From the NCBI GenBank assembly GCA_028023455.1, contig JAQFVV010000007.1, positions 7,440,001 through 7,504,000 of the forward strand: a stretch of 64,000 nt of DNA. The letters are read 5' to 3'. Positions 26,426 to 36,480 of this stretch are shown here, one piece after another. Position 1 is the stretch's first letter. Each line of letters starts with the position of its first letter. The notes beneath the pieces are model-generated. The model searched no databases and was not told the origin of the DNA. It saw only the letters and a list, made by a program, of their open reading frames with translations. The DNA is from Epiperipatus broadwayi. Lineage: Eukaryota > Animalia > Onychophora. The position numbers and the translations under genes were made by a program.

Positions 26426-29400
26426 TTTTCAACATACATGTATTCAAGTGTATCAGTGTTATGAGATAGAGAGGAGAGTGGTGGGTCGTATGAAAGTATG
26501 TGCTCATATACTCTATATAATAAATGAATATGCAATTTAATAGATTAAAAGTATGACCTTTTATTTCAATATAAACAGAGACTGATGATTTCAGTAGTGA
26601 CATACATATGTATTTCAATATAACAATTGCTTTATTACAAATAACAAGTATATAAACAAAATAATAAAATTACAAACAAACAATACCAAACTAATTTAAT
26701 AACAAAATTCTATAACAATAATCAATAAATATTAATGTTTGTTCTTCTAGAATAAGCTGAGCTTGGGTTATGATTATGTGTGCAAATGTTGCAAAGAAAT
26801 AAAACAAAACCTATTTTTACATACAGGAGGATAAATATATTTTATAATGTACTTAATTATCTTGGTAATAATAAACATTAGACTATCAACTTCATTCTAT
26901 AAAAACCTGGCTAATTCTTTCACTCTTTCAGAGTAAGTAAAATTATTGACATAAGACTCCTAAATGATATACAAAATATATAGCTTTACTTATTATATAT
27001 TCATATCCTTTACAAGAACAACTTGTTATGCTTCTTATATTACTCAAAGTTTAAATAATTAGTTAGGAGTGACTAACAAAGACAATTTATTTTATTTATA
27101 TTTTCTGAATGCCTTATTGTATAGTGTAGCATTTTAAAATTATACAACTATCATAGAGCTGTACAAATAAATATCTCTTAGTAATTTAATCACTTGCACA
27201 AAGATTATTAGCTACTTATAAATCAGAGGCTGAAATTAACATCTAATAAAACCTAAAGTAAGTTAAACATAAATAGATTTACATAAGTTTATATGTTAGT
27301 TTAACTAAATGCAATCTGACACCAATATACAATGTAAATAACATATAATACATTCATACCCAATAGCATTAATAAAATATATAAAGTTGTTAGCTGTACT
27401 TTCAATGATTATAAACTAAATAATTCAACAATTATAAACAATGTTTATTTAAGTAATTCTTCAAACTGTAATCCTACAGGTTGTGAACAGATGAAAATTA
27501 TCCTATGAAAATATTTTCACTTTGCAGAGTATTCCGATGTTTATTATTTACTGTCAATACTTGAACATAAGTGTTAGATATTAAATTAGATGCACAAGGT
27601 TATTTCTTTTGTACGTTTAATCTTCAGTGACATTTAATATAATGATTTTTCAAAAAAACAACAACACACATTTAGTAATCCTATTCTGATTGTATAGTTA
27701 GCACATTAATCCATTTTAGAATATCCACTGATCAATTTATGACATTCATCATATTCACATATTGTGGTATTTAGAACCTTAAATTCATTATTAAAAAAAA
27801 ATGATGTTGAATTGTGGTTTTTAAGTAAAAAGAGCAGTTTAATTCTTTAGAGAACACTTGTAAACTAATATCCCTATGGTTGGTGTTTATCACATACTTT
27901 GAAAGTAGTAAATTATTAATCCTTTGGTTTAAATATATTTAATTTATTTTGCTATGTATAGTTCAGGCTATTTTAACAATTAATAAGACCTAGCAAATAA
28001 ATAAATAACTCATAGATAAATTAACTATGTTGATTCTCATTAATAATTAAGCATTTTATCCTAAAGTGAGATTCAATATATAGATTTAGATTTATTGTAT
28101 AAAGTATTACTTTTCAGTAATCTGTAATAAGGTAATCCATAGTTTCCAAATGTGTTCATTCACAATTATTTTGAAGGTTTGATGATAAATATCCTGCAAG
28201 AAATATTCCAAAATTTTCATTAGTAGTTGAAAGTAGTAAATTGAATTTTGATGAAAATGGTATTTAGTGATAATCCCTGATAACATTGTTTATCCATTTT
28301 AGTTTGAGGAGATGATATTTTAACAGCTGTCAAAATGTCTTGAATAAGATTGTTTACTCTGACACCATGAAAAAGGTGGTCAAAATGGTTATTTTAAAAT
28401 GTAATTTGATCATATCTTGAATGCACTGTAATTTTACAAAGACTGCCTGAATTTTCCCAAGCACTTATTTATATATATATATATAGTCTCTGGTCAGCTG
28501 GTATCTCAATTAGTCATCATTTCACACACAAAGCTTTTAGTCTTTGTTGGGAAAATTTTTCCCTGCTATGGTGATATGGAAAAGCAGATAATCAAAACTT
28601 GTCTGGTTTTATTTGAAATGTTTAAATTTTCCAGACATTGAAAGAAAATAAATTAAAAAAATATAAAATTTTTCAATCATTTCACCTGTGCAAATTTTTC
28701 AATCATATCACATTGATTTGACTGAAAATACATTTTACCATTATTTATTTAACAAATAAGTTATAAAAGCCCCATAAAGTTCTCAGATATTTGTTTATAT
28801 AAATTTATTTTAATAAATACTTCCTAATCGAAGTGCAATACTAAACTTAATTGACTAGTTTTATAATTTTTAAATTGATGAAGTTTTAAACACTTTAATT
28901 TTCATGCACGCACACATATTTATTTTAAGTGAACTGTTAATGTTACTATTTTAGCTAAATACAATCTCATTTGTAATTATTATTTTACAGTTATTGTAGA
29001 ACTGTTTTGTAATGTTGGATTTATTATATCCTATTCTGTATATCTTTCTACAATATCAATTTTATGCCTGTGTGCTTTTTATTTGTATGTAAAAATTCAA
29101 CTATGGTTTTCAAATAAATAATAATAATACAGATACACATATTTTACATTTGCATTGATTAATAAAATCTGCTCAGAAGACATCTTTAAATACTTTCTCA
29201 AAATTTATATTCTTATAGGCAGTAATGTAAGAGACTTTTGAATTTTACTTTGACTATATTTTCTGATGGCTGATCAATAATAATGGGGGATTTACTTGGC
29301 TTAACCAGAAAATAAAGCCAATATTTTTTTTTAGTTTTTAGCTATATTTGTTAATTATGATAATAAATATAAGGTTACAATATATATATATACAAATATT

Positions 29401-29744
29401 TTGCTAAAAAAATAGTCAACCACAGCATAAAAAAAATTGCAGCCACTTTTCAATTATTGCTGGGATTTTAAATACACAGTAATTTATACCAATCAAAACA
29501 ATAGGAATGAGTCTAAGCAAACTACAGTTATGAATAAACATTCAACTTTACATTTAAAAGGTAGAATTAATTACTATACCCTTTAAATAAAATGTCTATT
29601 TCGTTCTTCCTAATTTAGAATCAATAAGTTATCTTTTATCATCTCTTCTTTTAAAATGAGTGGGTAATAAAAATATCCTAAAAAAAATATACCATTTTCC
29701 TTTTCTACTTTTGTGAAACTTTTTCTTTCCTGAACAAAGATGAT

Positions 29745-30850
29745 TATCAGGGTCTTCAATTCGAATTTTCAAGCATCTTACATTTATCCAATCTATCTTG
29801 TAGAACTCATACATATAACCACATATGTGTGAAAAAGATCAATGATCTCCAATATACATAATTTAGCTGAATTAGCACTCATCAGCTGGTCCAGATCACC
29901 ATATCCCACACATATATACAATAAAAATGCTCAGTTTATATTAAGATAGCACAACTTTAAACTTTCATGGACAAGCTTCAATCTTATATACTCTTCAACA
30001 CTACAGCCATTTATTTCATTGATAAATCTGAGAATGGAATGCTCAAAGCCCTTTTGGATGCCAATATTATTTCCATACCTATGTTGACCTTAAATCAATC
30101 TGATTCCTCACATATAAGACCTTAATATGTCCATTTAATTACACAGAAAAAGGATGGGCAGAATACAGGCTAAATATGTAATATTTAAATATATGTATAA
30201 TGTCTATACTAAATTTAATGTAAGTATAAGGCTCTTGAACGTTCAAGTACCATACATTTATCCAATTTATCTTATACAACTGATACACATAACCACATAC
30301 ATGTAAAAAAATCAATGATCTCCAATATACATATTCCATGCTGAACCAGCATTTAGCAGTTGATCCAGATCATCATCTTCCACACTTATATACAATCAAT
30401 TCTCAGTTAAATTAAGATAGCAAATCCTTAAACTTTAATGGACAAGTTTTAATCTTCTGCACTCTCCAACTCTTCAGCCATCCATTTCATTGAAAATCTG
30501 AGAATGAAAGGCTCAAAGCCCTTGTTAAGGTCAACATGAGTATGCCAATAATATCAGCATCAACAAGAGCTTAGAGCATTCCATCCTCATATTTTCTATG
30601 AAATGGATAGCCGAAGAGTTGGAGAGTGTAGAAGATTGAAGCCTGTTCATTAAAGTTTAAGGATTTACTATCTTAATATAAACTGAGCACTGATTGGTTC
30701 AGCACAAAATATGTATATTGGAGATCATTGATCTTTTTCACATTATGTGGTTATATGTATCAGTTGAATAAAATAAATTGGATAAATGTAGGGTACTTGA
30801 AGATTTGAGTTCAAGACCCTTATAATGACATTAATACATATATTTAAATA
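29745..30850. mobile_element. Family A subfamily: head-to-tail dimer (minus) plus inverted copy (plus)
   Basis: HHR remnants at 29837-29905 and 30311-30379 (minus) are 474 bp apart; the inverted arm at about 30575-30850 has a partly deleted HHR at 30690-30733. Confidence 0.85.
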
Positions 30851-32559
30851 TTGAACAAATATAACAAACATTTCTAATAAAACTGTGAAGCATTTGACAA
30901 TATTATAGGTTACGTTGTAGACTGGAATGCAAATGGTATTAATGAAAGTCCTATGCTCAACACATAATAGGTATTGATAAATCAAATAGAAAAAAAAAAC
31001 ATATGTGACAGATTTATATTGGTCTTGATACATTTCCATATATATTATGAACAAAATGTGCACTTTGAAGACTTCAGGTGAACTATGACCTTTTGAAAGC
31101 TTGTGTATTGAACTTTTGCCTAGGCATTATTGAGTACATGAGTTTGATTTTTAATATTATGTAGTTAATGTGTGGTTCCTTAATTTTATATGCACTAACT
31201 GCTGATTAACTATTATTTTTTCTTTTCTAATCAATAAATAAATTATATATTTCCTAATTTTCTTTTCACCTATAACTTAATCCATGATTCCATCAGAAGT
31301 CTGAAAGCCCTGGGAACATCAGTGTCTACTCTTAATGGCACAAATCCATTTTGAACTTTTAAAAGTAGAATTTTTAATTAAAAATATTATTTTATAAAAT
31401 ATTAGTTCTAAATACAATACCTAAATATCAGAAACATGGGGATCCTTTCATAATTAGAAACAAGAAATGAGGATTCATTTGTATAGTGCAGAAATAAAGG
31501 AATGTTAATACACTTGAGTTGTATTTTATTTTCGTTCCATTATGAAACTAAAAAAAAAGTCTTGTATATATCTACTTATGTATTTATTTTATAAAATTAT
31601 TAAAACTTCATTTTTAAATAAATGAATAATATACATATTTAAATTTTATTAGAATATAGTAACTTTTTAACAGCGAATTGGTTAAATAAAACTTTATTGA
31701 TGTCGACAGAAAACAAAGTATAAATCACATTAAATTATTTATAAAATAATTTGATTTTATGTAAGTTTGGTTTAAAAATTTTAAAGAACGTTTTCATTAT
31801 TTGAAGTTATGCTTTATTAAAAGATCTACGAATAACATTAATTTTTAGAAGAATCATTCTTTATTCATTCAAAACCATTTTTATAGCCTATAGGATAATA
31901 TGAAGCCTTTTTGTATTTGACTATTTATATTTCTATTTATTTATCAAGTTAATATTTTAAATTGCAAAATAATTTCTTTTATTAAATTCATATTTTCACG
32001 AAATGATACGAAATCAAAAAATGAGAATAGAAAATAAGATTTCATTTATTATAAAAAATAGAAACAAGCAATGTATTGATATTAAAATGAATTGCCTTAA
32101 AAATTACGTTGAAAAATAAAATAATTTGTTCTATAGATAATAACTATAAATTTTGAATAAAATCATACATAATATTGAATAATATCGTTAAAATAATCAA
32201 ATATTTAAATTATTATCATCACAATGATACAAATTACATGAAATGAGCAATATTCTTTCTTTATCAAATATTATTTTGAATGACTCTAATACTGTATTTA
32301 TTTCCGCCTAATTCTCTACTTAAATGTGACACACACTGAATGCACATGTGACACACTCAGATCCATTAAACATAAATTTTTGGAAAATAATAAAGGACAA
32401 ATATCATTTAATAATTTCTAATATATTTGAAAATAGAAAATATGTTTATTTTTCTACGATAAAATTAGAAAATATGTTTATTTTGTTTCAAATTTAAATA
32501 TTACCAATACTACATTTTCATCTGTATACACGTACATATATACACACACACGCACATAT

Positions 32560-32690
32560 ATATAATCATTGTTGATTGTTATCTATATTGGGATTGTCTA
32601 AGTGTTGACTGGTTTCTAATGGTTACTTATAAACCAATATAGGCTGGAAGATTATTACACTTATTATTTAAGTAATAGATATATACATAC
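32560..32690. repeat. Family D fragment
   Basis: ggattgtctaagtgttgactggtttctaatggttacttataaacc matches 16705-16750. Confidence 0.75.
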
Positions 32691-33164
32691 AAACACATTT
32701 CCCTTGAGCATGAATTTCTTAAAATGTTAATAGAAAATGTTATATGAAAATATAATTATCGAAAAAGTCTTTTAAAAATAAAACAATATTTGAATGTGAT
32801 AGGACTTTATAGTTATATCATATTATCATCAACATAAATAAGAAATAGACAAAATCTTATTTTATTCATATTTATTTCTATTTCATACCAAAAATCATTC
32901 CACATCTTGCTGAAGGTGACAATATAGGTTAGTTTAGTATTTTTCTTGTTATGACGTATTACACTTAACATGTTTTTTGCCGGTAAGATTTTATCGAAGA
33001 TTAGATAAACAATGCCATGTCAACAAAAACACTGGCATGACTAATCCATGGGAATGGTGATTTTTTGATCGTGATGACCCATGAGATTTAAAAAGTCGAG
33101 AGACCAATGGAAAATTTTGTCTTTTCTCTGTCATTTGCGGTTTTGATATCGGCGTGAGCATAGT

Positions 33165-33279
33165 ATTTTTTTTTATATTAAGTGTCATAGCATCGGCCGG
33201 GACGCGAAGCTGCAACCCGAGCAACTGTCTGCAAGTGCAAGGTAGTCGCGCTGACCTCTCTCGACCACCAATGCAAGAC
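33165..33279 (-). mobile_element. Short tRNA-derived SINE inserted in the foldback arm
   Basis: 9-bp TSD gagcatagt (33156-33164, 33280-33288); empty site in the opposite arm near 37500; acceptor-like stem GCATTGG/CCGATGC (33190-33274); A tail. Confidence 0.85.
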
Positions 33280-33766
33280 GAGCATAGTGTTTTTTTTTTT
33301 TATCATATTGAGAATATTTTTGTATATTTCATATTTAATATGGACATTATATTACCATATAGAGTGAATTTTTAACTGTCAATTGGATGATATTATAATT
33401 TTCCACCGCTGTTATTTGTAAGTATTTTCATTTTGTTTCTTAATAATTAAATACAGTAGCTTTTAAGATGTTTTTATATGTCACCTTTACAGTTATTTTT
33501 TTATTTTGTAGTGATAATTGTAATATTATTTTAAACATAGATGTATGTATTATTATTTTAAACATAGTTGTACGTATTTCTATATATATATTTAACGCTT
33601 GCTTCTTTTACATTTTCCTTAGAAATTATTAACTGAAACACAGGCTTATTATATACCTGTGTCTATATATGTAATATAGGGTATATGAGCACAGACTTTC
33701 ACATGACCCACAACTCTCCATTCTATCTAATAACACTGATACACTCAAGCACATATATGCTGAAAA

Positions 33767-33836
33767 GATAAATAATCACCAATATACGTATTTCATGCTA
33801 AACCAGCAATCATCAGTTGGTCCAGATTATCATCTC
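33767..33836 (-). ncRNA. Type I hammerhead ribozyme (family A)
   Basis: Reverse complement: gagatgataatc tgg accaa CTGATGA ttgct-ggttt-agcat GAAA tacgta TA ttggt gattatttatc. All core nucleotides are present; the 10.1-11.1 pair is U-U. Confidence 0.85.
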
Positions 33837-34527
33837 CCACACATATATACTATAAGTGCTCAGATATATATTAAGATAGACAATCTTCATACTTTAATGG
33901 ACAGGCTCCAATCTACTACACACTCCAACTCTTCAACCGTCCATCCAATTGAAAATCTGATGATGGAATGCCCGAAGACCACCCTGAGGCCGAGATTCTT
34001 GTCACACCCATGTTGACCTAAAGTCAATCTGAACCCCACATGTACAGGACATAATCCATTAAATACATATGCAAGGATGGGCAGACATCTCTATAATGTA
34101 ATAACTGAAACACAGGCTTATTATATACCTGTGTCTATATATGTAATATAGGGTATATGAGCACAGACTTTCACATGACCCACAACTCTCCATTCACAAC
34201 TCTCCATTCTATCTATATTACATATATAGACACAGGTATATAATAAGCCTGTGTTTCAGTTATTACATTATAGAGATGTCTGCCCATCCTTGCATATGTA
34301 TTTAATGGATTATGTCCTGTACATGTGGGGTTCAGATTGACTTTAGGTCAACATGGGTGTGACAAGAATCTCGGCCTCAGGGTGGTCTTCGGGCATTCCA
34401 TCATCAGATTTTCAATTGGATGGATGGTTGAAGAGTTGGAGTGTGTAGTAGATTGGAGCCTGTCCATTAAAGTATGAAGATTGTCTATCTTAATATATAT
34501 CTGAGCACTTATAGTATATATGTGTGG

Positions 34528-34597
34528 GAGATGATAATCTGGACCAACTGATAATTGCTGGTTTAGCATGAAATACGTATATTGGTGATTATTTATC
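34528..34597 (+). ncRNA. Hammerhead ribozyme (family A), G8 mutated to A
   Basis: Identical to 33767-33836 except CTGATAA at 34548-34554. Confidence 0.75.
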
Positions 34598-35139
34598 TTT
34601 TCAGCATATATGTGCTTGAGTGTATCAGTGTTATTAGATAGAATGGAGAGTTGTGGGTCATGTGAAAGTCTGTGCTCATATACCTTAGAAATTATTCTAA
34701 TTTTCATTAAAAAAAACATTTCATAATTGTATGTACTACCTTTTAGGTTATTTTTTATTTTGCTTCTTTTAATTCGTTGTCTTCTTTTCCATTTTTCTTA
34801 TAAATTATCCTTATTTTCATTAAAAAAAGACTACACTTTTAATTTCATAATTTTATATAATACCTTTTAATTAAGATGTTTTTTATGACCATCATTTTCA
34901 CCGTATGACAAATTTGTATTATTTATGGAAAAGTGTTTTTTATTGTCCGTTATTACAAATATTTTTTATAAATTTTTCTGCAATTATTTTGTAGTCAATT
35001 TGAATTTACAATAATTTTAGTAAATTACTATTAATTTATGTATTTTTTTGTCACATGTACATTTTTTTTTATTTTTCAAGGAACAACAAACATGGTGCCA
35101 TCCGATATTCCTTTTCCTATGAGATGGATTCTTTAGTAT

Positions 35140-35760
35140 TATTCTTGCTATATCTGCTGGATGTCTTCTTTCATATTTTTCTTGCTATTAGGTGTTTTCT
35201 TTCATATTTTTCTACCTATTAGAGGTCTTCTTTCATATTATTCTTGCTATTAGATGTCTTCTTTTGTATTATTCTTGCTATAAGATGTCTTCTTTCAAAT
35301 TTTTCTCACTATTAGATGCCTTCTTTCATATTTTTCTTGCTATTAGATATCTTCTTTGATATTATTATTGCTATTAGATGTCTCCTTTCATATTTTTCTT
35401 GCTATTAGATGTCTTCTTTCATATTATTATTGCTATTAGATGTCTTCTTTCACATTTTTCTTCCTATTAGATGTTTTCTTTTGTATTATTCTTGCTATTA
35501 GATGTCTTCTTTCATATTATTCTTGCCATTATGACTTCTTTCATATTATTCTTGCTATCAGATATCTTCTTTTGTATTTTTCTTGCTATTAGATGTCTTC
35601 GTTCGTATTATTCTTGTTATTAGATGTCTTCTTTCACATTTTTTTTGCTATTAGATGTCTTTCTTTCATATTATTCTTGCTATTAGATGTCTTCTTTAGT
35701 ATTATTCTTGCTATGTCTGCTGGCATCTTTAGTATTATTTTTTAATTATTCTTGTTATTG
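35140..35760. repeat. Minisatellite of about 30 bp inside the foldback left copy
   Basis: Roughly 20 units of ttattcttgctattagatgtcttctttcata. Confidence 0.92.
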
Positions 35761-36129
35761 TACGTCTTATACTAATTATTTATTATAGTAATTTTTTTTT
35801 CAGAAAACAGAAACATGGCATCCAATATCTACTAGATGAATGGCTTTTTTATTATTTTTTTTGCTATGACATATTATCTTGAAGACATACTATTCTAATC
35901 TTTCGATCTTTAATGTAATGCCTCCATGTGATCTTTGGACAAATTTTAGTGATTAACATTGTCCAGAAATTGCTAGAAGACATTATCTTAAAGATTGAAA
36001 AACTCTTTGCAGTATCATAGCAAGAAAAATACTAAAGTACCTATGGTACTTTACTTTTCCGAAAAAAAAATACTATAATAAATAATTAGTATAAGACATG
36101 TAATAGCAAAAATAATTAAAAAATAATAC

Positions 36130-36480
36130 TAAAGATTTTGGCAGACATATTGAAAATAATACTAAAGAAAACATCTAATAGCAAGAATAATATGAAAGAA
36201 GACATCTAATAGCAAGAATAATATTGAAAGAAGACATCTAATAGCAAGAAAAATATGAAAGAAAACATCTAATAGCAAGAATAATATGAACGAAGACATC
36301 TAATAGCAAGAAAAATAAAAAAAAACATCTAATAGCAATAATAATATGAAAGAAGACATCTAATAGCAAGAAAAATATAAAAGAAAACATCTAATAGCAA
36401 GAAAAATATGAAAAAAGACATCTAATAGCAAGAAAAATATGAAAAAAACCATCCAGTAGATATAGCAAGAATAATACTAA
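36130..36480. repeat. Same 30-bp minisatellite, inverted, in the right copy
   Basis: Roughly 11 units of tatgaaagaagacatctaatagcaagaataa. Confidence 0.92.

Larger units (their letters stand above)
25867..26517. mobile_element. Family A palindromic insertion with 14-bp TSD
   Basis: TSD taataaatgaatat at 25853-25866 and 26518-26531; minus arm 25867-26222 and plus arm about 26223-26517. Confidence 0.9.
33631..34684. mobile_element. Young family A insertion: more than one monomer (minus) plus one inverted monomer (plus), 12-14 bp TSD
   Basis: TSD (cc)ttagaaattatt at 33617-33630 and 34683-34696; single-copy empty site near 37195-37210; unit repeats at 33631 and 34103 (472 bp). Confidence 0.93.

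Noticed and set aside
33950-34010. Antisense hammerhead in family A (CTGATGA tggaatgccc GAAG), which would make the element viroid-like with ribozymes on both strands
   Set aside because: GAAG instead of GAAA, no NUH plus stem I in either type I or type III topology, and two other copies read CTGAGAA. Worth rechecking on a consensus.
33795-34719. ORFs 33795-34016, 34348-34719 and 25859-26095 with similar translations
   Set aside because: They are antisense readings of the non-coding family A repeat; stops and frames are not conserved among copies.
35140-36480. CRISPR-like array
   Set aside because: Contiguous 30-bp units without unique spacers, in a eukaryotic transposon context.
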